Below are positions 19,855 through 28,051 of a stretch of 64,000 bases of DNA, in pieces (position 1 is the stretch's first letter; every line of letters begins with the position of its first letter). Source of the stretch: Alkalispirochaeta sp. (GTDB taxonomy: Bacteria > Spirochaetota > Spirochaetia > DSM-27196 > Alkalispirochaetaceae); contig OZ271854.1 in NCBI GenBank assembly GCA_965601925.1, positions 3,680,001 through 3,744,000 on the forward strand, in the 5' to 3' direction. The notes beneath the pieces were generated by a model. That model did not search any database. It was not told where the DNA came from and saw nothing but the letters and a program-made list of their open reading frames with translations. The position numbers and the translations under genes are program-made.

Positions 19855-20625
19855 ATGCGCGTACCTGAGAGTCTTGTAAGTAGGCGCAATACAACCTTCG
19901 TCAGGTCACAGGTTCTCTTCGCTGCTTTCTTTGTCGCCACCGGATTCGTGAACATGTTTAAGCAGACCCCGCAGGCAACGGCGGGGGGCTTCGTCAATCT
20001 CGCGATCGCCGGTATCCTTGGATGTGCCTTCTTCCTTCCGAAGCGGCATCGTCCCGCCGTACAATTAGTTGTATTCCTGTCACTTGCGTCGTTCTTCGGT
20101 GTTGTCGGAGCAGTTAATGAACCCGAGGCGTGGGTCCTTTTCATCATGACTGCGTTTTACGCAAAGCGCTACAAAATGCTAAGATGGGTTGGCCCAGTCC
20201 TGGCAGCCTCCTGGATCGCTTGCATGATCATATCGAGTCGGCAGTATCTCTACATTCCCCCATCGAGCGCTCGGTCGGTGTTCAGCGCTGTGAACTACAA
20301 CCTCTTTTGGATCACCGCCATTGGCATGGTCCTGGTTGGCGGCGGGGCAGAGATGGTCCTTAAGGAGTCAAGATACGACAACTTGACAAAGAAACGGTTC
20401 GTCGAGCCAGATGAACCGGCACAACAACGCCCTGCTGCCGCAGACATGAACCAGATTCGTAATCTCGCGAGAGTCCACGAGTCAAGCATGCTCGTGGCGG
20501 GTAGCGTTCTGAAGGAGATCGCCGATCTTTCGGAGTCCGGTATTCGCAAGCTTGATCAGATCGCAGACTTGGCGCTCACTGAGCCGAATCCAGATCCTGA
20601 TCAGGATCAAGCACAAGCTCTTTGA
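19855..20625 (+). CDS. Polytopic (about 5-6 TM) membrane protein with cytoplasmic tail
   Basis: Multiple hydrophobic segments; 3' end overlaps the repressor 3' end. Confidence 0.7.
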   Translation: MRVPESLVSRRNTTFVRSQVLFAAFFVATGFVNMFKQTPQATAGGFVNLAIAGILGCAFFLPKRHRPAVQLVVFLSLASFFGVVGAVNEPEAWVLFIMTAFYAKRYKMLRWVGPVLAASWIACMIISSRQYLYIPPSSARSVFSAVNYNLFWITAIGMVLVGGGAEMVLKESRYDNLTKKRFVEPDEPAQQRPAAADMNQIRNLARVHESSMLVAGSVLKEIADLSESGIRKLDQIADLALTEPNPDPDQDQAQAL

Positions 20626-20974
20626 ACGCGGCCCGCACAGCCTTGTTGTGCTGACGGTACTCTTCGTTTTCTCGTCTAAGCCTACCAAGCTCCGACTGAC
20701 AATCGACCGCTTCCGCGTCAACAAGATAGTCAAAAGGGTGGGCCGATGGTACGGCGAAGAAGTCCAGGCGAATACCTAAGCGCCGCATACAGTCCTGCAT
20801 GACCTGGAACGTAGGACTCTGGCCGCGCTTGATCTTCGAATAGTGGTTCGGCTTGAGTCCCATAGACTCCGCAAAACGACTGTCGTTCTTGAAATCAAAG
20901 TACACGCGCAGCTGCTCGAGTTTTTCTATGAGTGTCTCGTTACGGGCGTTGGAGTTTTCCACGTCGCTCTCCAC
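20576..20974 (-). CDS. CI-like XRE HTH repressor
   Basis: NDSRFAESMGLKPNHYSKIKRGQSP HTH; divergent from the early operon. Confidence 0.8.
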   Translation of the reverse strand: MESDVENSNARNETLIEKLEQLRVYFDFKNDSRFAESMGLKPNHYSKIKRGQSPTFQVMQDCMRRLGIRLDFFAVPSAHPFDYLVDAEAVDCQSELGRLRRENEEYRQHNKAVRAAFKELVLDPDQDLDSAQ

Positions 20975-21051
20975 TTTCGTAAATCACAATCGACCCTCAC
21001 AAAGCATACCTTAACCGCGTAAAAAAAATCCACAAAAAAAAGAATCATGTG

Positions 21052-21099
21052 TTGACTTGGGCCAAACGGCCCGTTAGTATTCATTACGTGCCGTTTGGC
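21052..21099 (+). promoter_or_regulatory. PR-like early promoter with overlapping inverted-repeat operator
   Basis: TTGACT-17bp-TAGTAT; perfect 10-bp IR GCCAAACGGC-N19-GCCGTTTGGC. Confidence 0.7.
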
Positions 21100-21117
21100 A
21101 TTGCAATGGAGGTCGCC

Positions 21118-21336
21118 TTGTCTACGGAAATTGTATTTGATCCAACCGCAGTATCCAAGACCAGCACCATAAGCGAGTCTGATATCTCGACAACTCTCCC
21201 ACGCGGCTGGTGGGAGCGCTGTCAGAAGCAGGGGTACAACGGAGTCAATCAGCACGTCGTCGGCGACTTGGTCGTTCTTCGCCCTGCGGTCGTTGATGTG
21301 GGCCAGAAGCGCCGACGCGGCCGGAAGCCGGAATAG
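21118..21336 (+). CDS. Small protein at the cro position (AbrB/MazE-like)
   Basis: GGAGG RBS with TTG start; TTLPRGWW...GDLVVLRP pattern. Confidence 0.5.
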   Translation: MSTEIVFDPTAVSKTSTISESDISTTLPRGWWERCQKQGYNGVNQHVVGDLVVLRPAVVDVGQKRRRGRKPE

Positions 21337-21347
21337 GCGAGGCGTAC

Positions 21348-21656
21348 ATGGACCTTGCGGCATTAGGCGCCTGTATCGAGGCAATCGACCAACGAACCCG
21401 CGAGATGGACGAGCGTCAACAGCGCATCGAGGACGCGGTACGCACGCCGTCCCTCACGATCAAAGACATCTGCACGGAGTACCTCCACCGGAGCGAAACA
21501 TGGCTCCGCACGCGCCCCTGGGCACTCCCGGAACCGGACATCAAAGGTCGCCCCAACGTCTGGTGGCGCACGACCTGCGACGAGTTCTACTCGGTGCCGA
21601 TCGAGACTCGGCGCCATGAGTATCTCCGAAACCACCGGACCCGGAGGGCCTCATGA
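21348..21656 (+). CDS. Excisionase/AlpA-like DNA-binding protein
   Basis: LTIKDICTEYLHRSETWL...LPEPD..GRPNVWW. Confidence 0.55.
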   Translation: MDLAALGACIEAIDQRTREMDERQQRIEDAVRTPSLTIKDICTEYLHRSETWLRTRPWALPEPDIKGRPNVWWRTTCDEFYSVPIETRRHEYLRNHRTRRAS

Positions 21657-21949
21657 GCCTTGCCGACAACCTCTCCGTACGGGTAGAGGCCGGGGCGCGT
21701 GCCTGGGCCGAGCAGGGCAACCCGATGCAACCACCCCCGAAGTCCCGCTACGACGAAGCGGCCGCCGAACTCCGTGAGGCACTCTCCGATGGTCGATGGC
21801 ACAGCCTTGAAGTCGCCAAGCGCATCGCCCGCAAACACCGACACTACCCCAATCCGCTCATGGACTACGCCGGCGTCGCGGTCTCGGAGAACGGAAAGCG
21901 CATCATCTGGGCGTTCGGCGCCAAAGAGATCGACGAGGAGCGAGCATGA
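21653..21949 (+). CDS. Phage hypothetical protein
   Basis: ATGA-coupled gene in the early operon. Confidence 0.65.
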   Translation: MSLADNLSVRVEAGARAWAEQGNPMQPPPKSRYDEAAAELREALSDGRWHSLEVAKRIARKHRHYPNPLMDYAGVAVSENGKRIIWAFGAKEIDEERA

Positions 21950-22251
21950 CCGAGCGCGAGAGGATCGCTATTGCGGAGAAGAAAATCCGCTTGCTTGAGG
22001 CCCGCGGCCACGAGTGTGAGGTATGCGGAAAGCAGATCAACGCATGTACGACCCAGCTCGCACACCGCGTCATCAAGTCCGGCGACAACCTCAAGAAGTA
22101 CGGTAAGGCCATCATCCACCACGACCTCAACCTCGCGCTCACCTGCAGCCTCTACTGTAACGGCAAGGTCATCGTGAACGGACTCCCCAAAGAGCACCTA
22201 CTCATCGAAATCAAAGAGGCCATCGAGGCCGAACAAGGAGGACGCGTATGA
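21946..22251 (+). CDS. HNH-like zinc-binding protein
   Basis: CEVC...QLAH...NLALTCSLYCN. Confidence 0.6.
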   Translation: MTERERIAIAEKKIRLLEARGHECEVCGKQINACTTQLAHRVIKSGDNLKKYGKAIIHHDLNLALTCSLYCNGKVIVNGLPKEHLLIEIKEAIEAEQGGRV

Positions 22252-22682
22252 ACCCAACACGCCGCCTCGCCGAAGCACGTGCCGAATACCATGAAGCCAT
22301 CCACCGGCGACTCGAGGGGGAACCGAACCCCGAACGCGAAGAAGCGCTCAAGGCGGAAATCGACCGTCTTGAGACAGCGCACAAAAGCGAGAAGTCGAAG
22401 GACGCCAAGGCGTTCGAGGCCGAGATGGCATTCCGCCGCCGCCGCGTCGAGCTCTTGGAGAACCTGAAGGCTCACCACACAACCGGCCGCCTCGACAAGA
22501 ACCAGTACATCCAAGCTCAGAAGTTCCTGCTCACACCGAAGCGCCTCGACACCCTGGAGAAGGCGTGGGAGATGATTAAGCGGCGCCTGAACGAGACGTT
22601 CGACGAGCTCCCGCCTGAGGCGCACCTCCATGCCGATGAGCCGACCCTCGCACCCGACGACTTTCCTATAGAGGCGTATTGA
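22248..22682 (+). CDS. Phage hypothetical protein
   Basis: AGGAGG RBS; coupled ORF. Confidence 0.65.
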   Translation: MNPTRRLAEARAEYHEAIHRRLEGEPNPEREEALKAEIDRLETAHKSEKSKDAKAFEAEMAFRRRRVELLENLKAHHTTGRLDKNQYIQAQKFLLTPKRLDTLEKAWEMIKRRLNETFDELPPEAHLHADEPTLAPDDFPIEAY

Positions 22683-22683
22683 G

Positions 22684-23067
22684 ATGGCCACCGACAAGAT
22701 GCCAACCACTGAAGAGATCAAATGGGCCAAGGACTGGGCGCGCGGCGGCGGATATCACGAAGGTCACGCGGTCCGAATCCTGCTCGACGCACTCGAGGCC
22801 ATCGATAGCGCCGGCATCTGCGGAGAGGTACTCGCGGAACGCGCTCGTCAGGACAAGAAGTGGGGCCAACAGAATCACCACCCCATGGAATGGCTCGCGA
22901 TCCTCGGTGAGGAGGTAGGGGAGGTCAACAAGGCCGCACTCGAGACCTACTGGAACTACCGCGGACGGATTGGCGACTACTCCGAATACCGCCGAGAACT
23001 GATCCAGACCGCCGCCGCGTGCTTCGCGATGATCGAATGCCTCGATCGGAACGAGGTAAAGCGATGA
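22684..23067 (+). CDS. MazG-like nucleotide pyrophosphohydrolase
   Basis: ERARQDKKWGQQNH, ILGEEVGEV, RELIQTAA. Confidence 0.75.
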   Translation: MATDKMPTTEEIKWAKDWARGGGYHEGHAVRILLDALEAIDSAGICGEVLAERARQDKKWGQQNHHPMEWLAILGEEVGEVNKAALETYWNYRGRIGDYSEYRRELIQTAAACFAMIECLDRNEVKR

Positions 23068-23387
23068 CCGACACCCAACTCCTACTCCTACCCATCCAGC
23101 CGGTACCGAAGCGCCCCACGATCGCCGAGAGCTTCCAGGAGTTCCACACGCTGAACCCGCATGTCTACGACATCCTCCGCCGCGAAGCGCTCCTCGTTAA
23201 GGGTGCTGGGAAGCGAGTCAGCATGAAAGGGTTGTTCGAGCACTTGAGGTGGGAATACATGGTCCACACCAACCACCAGGACTACAAACTCAACAACAAC
23301 TACACGGCCCACTACGCCCGGATGCTCATGGAGCGCGAGCCAGAGCTTGCCGGATTCTTCGAGACGCGGAGGCGACACGATGGATAA
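23064..23387 (+). CDS. Phage hypothetical protein
   Basis: Coupled ORF (FHTLNPHVY...LRWE...KLNNNY..HYAR). Confidence 0.7.
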   Translation: MTDTQLLLLPIQPVPKRPTIAESFQEFHTLNPHVYDILRREALLVKGAGKRVSMKGLFEHLRWEYMVHTNHQDYKLNNNYTAHYARMLMEREPELAGFFETRRRHDG

Positions 23388-23700
23388 GAAACCCTTCTTC
23401 TCCGAGCCCGGCGCGGATCTACAGTTCCTGAAACTGATGGCCGCCGCCGAGAGACTATCGAAGCTACACGTCCAAACCGAGCTCCTCGAACGGATCGCCG
23501 GCGCACTCGACAACGCGATCATGCGCGCAGAGTCGGATGACCCCACGGTCCGCCAAACCGCCCAGGGGGCCGAGCTTGTCGCGAACGTACTCGACGCAAT
23601 CCATTCCCTGCTCACGGCCCTCTCCGCGTACTCGGATCACTTCGACCGTCACCAAGACGTAGCGCGCATCATGCGAGACATAGGGTGGGGCGATGGGTGA
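23380..23700 (+). CDS. Phage hypothetical protein
   Basis: GGAGG RBS; coupled ORF. Confidence 0.6.
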   Translation: MDKKPFFSEPGADLQFLKLMAAAERLSKLHVQTELLERIAGALDNAIMRAESDDPTVRQTAQGAELVANVLDAIHSLLTALSAYSDHFDRHQDVARIMRDIGWGDG

Positions 23701-25441
23701 TCTAACGCACGTCAGCCTCTTCTCAGGAATCGGCGGCTTCGACCTGGCGGCGGACCGCGCCGGCTTTGAGACGGTCCTCCAGGTCGAACGCGATCCCGAC
23801 ATGCTCAAGGTTCTCGCGTACTACTGGCCGAACGTTCCTCGTATCACCGATATCAGAGAGGTAACCCGTGACTCAGTCGACCGACCAGTTACCGTTGTTT
23901 CCGGCGGATTCCCCTGCCAACCATTCAGTACCGCCGGGAAGCGAAGCGGCACGAGCGATGACCGTTACCTCTGGCCGGAGATGCGTCGCTGCATTGAAGA
24001 ACTCCGGCCCACTTGGGTTCTTGCTGAAAACGTTGCTGGTCTCCTCTCGATGGGCGAGTTGGGCGGGCTCCCTGACCTGGGAGACGAAGGCCGTAGCTCG
24101 TACGGTGACGGAGACGTATACCGCCTATCTGGACGTGGATTACTCGACGTTATCCTGGAAGAGATCGAGTCGCTCGACTACACCGTCACACCGGTGGTTA
24201 TTCCAGCTGCGGCTGTCGGTGCCCACCATCGACGAAACCGAGTCTTCATTGTTGCCTACTCCGAGCGCAACAGAGTACGGAACCAATCAGAGTCCCTCGC
24301 CCGGGGCCTCGGTACGCCCGAGCCTCTCGACGATGGCGCGTCACGATCTACTCCCGACCCCGACCTCCGGGGACGCGAACCGGGGGGAGTACCAGTACGA
24401 CCAACACGACAAGACGAAGCCGAGGCCGTCATTGCTGGGGCGTGCACGGCTGTTGCCGACGATTCGAGCTTCGGACGGCGAACGGGGAGGCCGGGGCGAT
24501 CTCATACAGGCGGTCAGGGGCAACCCGAACCGTCATTACCGATTGCTACCAACGCCGAGGGTGACCACGAACGGAGGGAGTGGCCGTCACCGGGGCGACA
24601 ATCGCGGCCGTCTCGAGGACGAGGTTCACAACCCGGAGCGCCTGCTACCGACGCCGACGGCTCGCGACTGGAGGACGGGGGATCGTCCAGAGAACCGGCG
24701 AGCCCGCATGAAGCAAGGCGGGGAGTGGCACTCGCCGAACCTGAACGATGTCGCCGCACCGGGCGGACGCCTCAACCCGGAATGGGTCGAGTGGCTCATG
24801 GGCTTCCCGATCGGCTGGACGGAACCGATATCCCTCCCACCGCCCACGGAGTCCCCGATCAACGAGCCCGCCTCCGAGGATTAGGAAACGCCGTACACCC
24901 CGACCAAGCCTATCCGTTCTTCGAAGCGATCGCCGCGATCGAGCGCGGATTAGAAACGGCTGCGGCATTAGAAAGGAGCTACACCTATGAGCGAGATAAA
25001 ACGACTCGGCCTCCGAATGATCCTATGGGTTGCTCAAGCAATCCTCCGCAACCAGCTCGACGACGAAGAGCGCGAAGAGCTTGGGTACATCGCGACGAGC
25101 CTGCACGTCGTGAAGGAAGAGCCGGAGTTGTGGGCGCTCGAACCGGAGCCGCCTACGGTCGAGGTAAAGGGGTCTTTCGCGCGTTTGCGATCGCACCCGA
25201 CACCCAAACCCGAAGACAAGGAGGGCGAAGGATGACCGTCTTGCAGATGCGTTTCGTTCAACAAGCCGACGGCATGATGATTCACGTCGAAAACTTGGCC
25301 CGAGAAGACGCTAAGCGCGCGGAGGTTGAGTACGCAAACAGATTCGAGGACATGGTCAAGATCACCGCCAGAGAAATGCACGGCGGCGTTGATCAGGAGT
25401 CGATCCCACAGCGAGACCCCGAGGAGCATGACGATGCTTGA
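23693..25441 (+). CDS. C5-cytosine DNA methyltransferase, large (alpha) chain; ORF reads through into a downstream small gene
   Basis: SLFSGIGG (I), GGFPCQPFS (IV), ENV (VI), HRRNRVF (VIII), RLRGLGNAV (X); no motif IX. Confidence 0.85.
   Translation: MGDLTHVSLFSGIGGFDLAADRAGFETVLQVERDPDMLKVLAYYWPNVPRITDIREVTRDSVDRPVTVVSGGFPCQPFSTAGKRSGTSDDRYLWPEMRRCIEELRPTWVLAENVAGLLSMGELGGLPDLGDEGRSSYGDGDVYRLSGRGLLDVILEEIESLDYTVTPVVIPAAAVGAHHRRNRVFIVAYSERNRVRNQSESLARGLGTPEPLDDGASRSTPDPDLRGREPGGVPVRPTRQDEAEAVIAGACTAVADDSSFGRRTGRPGRSHTGGQGQPEPSLPIATNAEGDHERREWPSPGRQSRPSRGRGSQPGAPATDADGSRLEDGGSSREPASPHEARRGVALAEPERCRRTGRTPQPGMGRVAHGLPDRLDGTDIPPTAHGVPDQRARLRGLGNAVHPDQAYPFFEAIAAIERGLETAAALERSYTYERDKTTRPPNDPMGCSSNPPQPARRRRARRAWVHRDEPARREGRAGVVGARTGAAYGRGKGVFRAFAIAPDTQTRRQGGRRMTVLQMRFVQQADGMMIHVENLAREDAKRAEVEYANRFEDMVKITAREMHGGVDQESIPQRDPEEHDDA
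23868..24884 (+). CDS. Nested +1-frame MTase small (beta) chain with motif IX and five LLPT repeats
   Basis: GAGG RBS with GTG start; C-terminal RLNPEWVEWLMGFPIGWT. Confidence 0.75.
   Translation: MTQSTDQLPLFPADSPANHSVPPGSEAARAMTVTSGRRCVAALKNSGPLGFLLKTLLVSSRWASWAGSLTWETKAVARTVTETYTAYLDVDYSTLSWKRSSRSTTPSHRWLFQLRLSVPTIDETESSLLPTPSATEYGTNQSPSPGASVRPSLSTMARHDLLPTPTSGDANRGEYQYDQHDKTKPRPSLLGRARLLPTIRASDGERGGRGDLIQAVRGNPNRHYRLLPTPRVTTNGGSGRHRGDNRGRLEDEVHNPERLLPTPTARDWRTGDRPENRRARMKQGGEWHSPNLNDVAAPGGRLNPEWVEWLMGFPIGWTEPISLPPPTESPINEPASED
24987..25235 (+). CDS. Phage hypothetical protein
   Basis: AAAGGAG RBS. Confidence 0.6.
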   Translation: MSEIKRLGLRMILWVAQAILRNQLDDEEREELGYIATSLHVVKEEPELWALEPEPPTVEVKGSFARLRSHPTPKPEDKEGEG

Positions 25442-25820
25442 GAAACTCCCATACCCCCTTAGTGAGGGCGTAACCGCCACGCGCGAAGGGCTGGTCGTAG
25501 ATGACGAGCATACGCACTGGTTCGTCGAGCTCTTCTGGTTACTTCCGGACTACGCAACCTTCGGGGCTCCGCTCTACGAGTGGCAGCTCATGGCAGAGCG
25601 TCTACGATGTCCGCTCGACGCTCCTGGCGTGGTTCTTATCGACAACGGCGCGGATCCGCCGCAATGGCATCTCCTTATCGCCAACGAGCGCTTCTTTTCC
25701 TCACATGAGGTCGGCCGCCTCTCGCGTCCCGCTTGCCTGCTGTTCAACGGCCCCGACGGCTTTCGCGTCATCCACTGGTGTATCACGGAGTTAGGAGGTG
25801 GGGATGCCAGTCAAACGTAA
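25428..25820 (+). CDS. Phage hypothetical protein
   Basis: GAGGAG RBS. Confidence 0.55.
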   Translation: MTMLEKLPYPLSEGVTATREGLVVDDEHTHWFVELFWLLPDYATFGAPLYEWQLMAERLRCPLDAPGVVLIDNGADPPQWHLLIANERFFSSHEVGRLSRPACLLFNGPDGFRVIHWCITELGGGDASQT

Positions 25821-26022
25821 CGACCGTCCATGGTTCGAGATCAAATCATCGGTCTCGAACCCATCGGTCCCCGGCGGATTCTGCCGGGCCGAGGTCAAGA
25901 TTAACGTCGGACTGCTGCCCGAGGACGTCTACCAACTCGTGGAACTGCTTCATCGGACAACCACCGAGTTCTCCGAACGTATCGCAAAGCGCTCGATCGA
26001 GAGTAAGGAGGCCGACTCATGA
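25804..26022 (+). CDS. Phage hypothetical protein
   Basis: AGGAGGT RBS. Confidence 0.55.
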   Translation: MPVKRNDRPWFEIKSSVSNPSVPGGFCRAEVKINVGLLPEDVYQLVELLHRTTTEFSERIAKRSIESKEADS

Positions 26023-26285
26023 CCCCCGCCACCACCATCCAGTCCGGTGCGATCGTTCACGCCCGCACCGGCCCGCGCACGTGTCCATTCTGCGGCAACA
26101 ACCAAACGAGCGGCTTCACGATCGAGCCATCCGAACACCGCCTCACCGCTGAGTACGTCATGTACGCCTACCAGGTCGCCCATTCCTGCGGCGCTCGCGG
26201 TCCGATAGCAGGCAGTCCCCGAGAGGCTCGCCGTCTCTGGGACGCACACACCACCAACCACGGAGGAGAGCATGGAACGAGTTAA
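26019..26285 (+). CDS. Lar-family restriction-alleviation-like protein
   Basis: CPFCG...SCGARGP....EARRLW; AAGGAGG RBS. Confidence 0.6.
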   Translation: MTPATTIQSGAIVHARTGPRTCPFCGNNQTSGFTIEPSEHRLTAEYVMYAYQVAHSCGARGPIAGSPREARRLWDAHTTNHGGEHGTS

Positions 26286-26520
26286 CGCATACATGTCACT
26301 AAACGGACGGAGATACGACACGGTAACTGATGCGCTCGCCGCTGATCGCTCTCACATAGCCGATGAGTTGACGGAAAACCTACGGAAGGTGTTTGGCTCA
26401 CAGGAGACCATCGACGTTCACGATATCGTCCGGGAGCGCGAGGAAGTCGCGCGCCTTATCGCGGAAGCGAGCGAAGCGTTTGCCGAGCTCAGGGATCAAG
26501 CGGTGGCGCTCTGTGGCTGA
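26272..26520 (+). CDS. Phage hypothetical protein
   Basis: GGAGGAG RBS. Confidence 0.55.
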   Translation: MERVNAYMSLNGRRYDTVTDALAADRSHIADELTENLRKVFGSQETIDVHDIVREREEVARLIAEASEAFAELRDQAVALCG

Positions 26521-26878
26521 CCAACGACAGAAACGGCGCGGCCCGAATCTCCCGACGATGGACGACATCGAACGCCGGATTCTCGAAGAGTACGCACACG
26601 CCAAGGGGTTCCGATCCCTCGGCGCCTTCGCGCTCTGGGCAATGACCCAAGCAATGCAACGCTCAAAAGTCGGCGATCTCCACAACGAGCTCGAAGCCCA
26701 CCGACGAGCGGAGAACGCCCAGAAGCCGCCCGCCGGTACGCAGGGTTCCAAGGACCACAAGACGGCGTCGAAGGCCATGAGAGGGCTACGCATTAATGCG
26801 CGGGCATACTGCGGGCACCTTCGAGGTCGTTGTGAAGAGCGACCGAACGATTCACGGCTTTTCACGGTTTCTCATTAA
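26513..26878 (+). CDS. Phage hypothetical protein
   Basis: Coupled GTG start. Confidence 0.45.
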   Translation: MADQRQKRRGPNLPTMDDIERRILEEYAHAKGFRSLGAFALWAMTQAMQRSKVGDLHNELEAHRRAENAQKPPAGTQGSKDHKTASKAMRGLRINARAYCGHLRGRCEERPNDSRLFTVSH

Positions 26879-27070
26879 GGAATCACACCCACGCCTCGCC
26901 AACGGGAGGCACGCATCCCACTACTACTACCGGATCCCTCGGGATCACGTAGAGCGGGCGCGACAGGCCGGGGCGCGGGTTGTCGGTGACGGAGCGAATG
27001 AGATCGGCACCGCCGACGCAGCCGGAACCGGGGGCAGATCCCGGACACCGACCGACGAGAGGAGGCGAGT

Positions 27071-27319
27071 ATGAAACTCGACGCGGCAAACGCCCAAACC
27101 ATCCTACGGAGCGCCGTCGACTGGCGCCGGCGCCAACACATCGGCTCCGCCCGCCAATCGGCGGACCAGAAACGCACCGAGGCCGAGCTCGGCAACCTAC
27201 TCTGGATCATCCGACAACTCGGCGTCGACGTCCCCACCCACGAGCAGATCAAGCCCTTGCTCATAACCCGCGAGGGGGGGGTAATCGACCTCCCTCAACC
27301 GGCCCCATGTCCATCATGA
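27071..27319 (+). CDS. Phage hypothetical protein
   Basis: GAGGAGG RBS. Confidence 0.55.
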   Translation: MKLDAANAQTILRSAVDWRRRQHIGSARQSADQKRTEAELGNLLWIIRQLGVDVPTHEQIKPLLITREGGVIDLPQPAPCPS

Positions 27320-27475
27320 AGCAACGCCGACCCCGGGCGGCAGTATCCCGGGAGATCACCGCGGCGGACGCCGGACAGGAGGCAGCGTAGGGCTACAGAC
27401 ATAGCGCTTGAAGGCGCGCACATAAGTTCGTGACCGCCGGGGATACCACCCGGCGGGGTTTTGTAAGGAGAGGCT

Positions 27476-27739
27476 ATGAAAGAGTTCGATTTCGAATGTG
27501 GCGCAACGGTCCGAGACAAGATCACTGGGTTTTCAGGCGTCATCCGCGCCCGCACTCAGTACCTGACGGGGTGTAACAAGTACGCCGTCCAGGCAACCGA
27601 CATTCGCGAAGGCAAACCCGAGGAGTGGGTGTGGTTCGACGAGGGTGAGCTCGAGGTGTTCGGCAAGCCCGTGACGCTCGAGGTGAGCCGCGAGCGACGG
27701 GGCGGGCCGGTGGAAGCAGGGAAGCTGCCGCCGAGGTAG
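27476..27739 (+). CDS. Conserved phage hypothetical protein (SH3-like)
   Basis: GATVRDKITGFSGVI...YLTGC..Y...WFDE; AAGGAG RBS. Confidence 0.7.
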   Translation: MKEFDFECGATVRDKITGFSGVIRARTQYLTGCNKYAVQATDIREGKPEEWVWFDEGELEVFGKPVTLEVSRERRGGPVEAGKLPPR

Positions 27740-27747
27740 CGGCACGC

Positions 27748-27886
27748 GGCATCGTAGCTCAGTTGGTAGAGCGGCGTTGTATCCGGCGCGGCGAGGTGCT
27801 GCGGACTCACACAGTCCGTGAAAAGTGCATCCAACCGAGTTCACTGGCGAGTGTTCCGGGCGCGGGTTCGAGTCCCGCCGATGCCA
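27748..27886 (+). ncRNA. 139-nt tRNA-like RNA with canonical acceptor, D and T arms and an oversized central domain
   Basis: GGCATCG/CGATGCC+A; TA-GCTC-AGTTGGTA-GAGC; GCGGG-TTCGAGT-CCCGC; about 89 nt between the D and T arms. Confidence 0.75.
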
Positions 27887-27925
27887 TCGCGTGTAACGCG
27901 ACGTCCGCCGGGGCGTGAGAATACG

Positions 27926-27998
27926 GGTGAGTGGTGTAGGTAACGAGTAGGTTTTGGCATTTTCCCTACAGATGGCCGTTCGATTCGGTCAGCCACCA
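27926..27998 (+). ncRNA. Second, degenerate tRNA-like element
   Basis: GGCCG-TTCGATT-CGGTC T arm, GTAGG/CCTAC stem with a 13-nt loop, GGTG/CACCA ends. Confidence 0.45.
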
Positions 27999-28051
27999 GA
28001 AGTCAAGAAGCCGCCCACAGGGCGAAATCACGACTGAGAGGGGAGTCGTCT

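Noticed and set aside
27748..27886. tmRNA or intron-containing tRNA
   Set aside because: It has a D stem, no G3-U70 pair and no tag ORF, and the insert is far too short for a self-splicing intron
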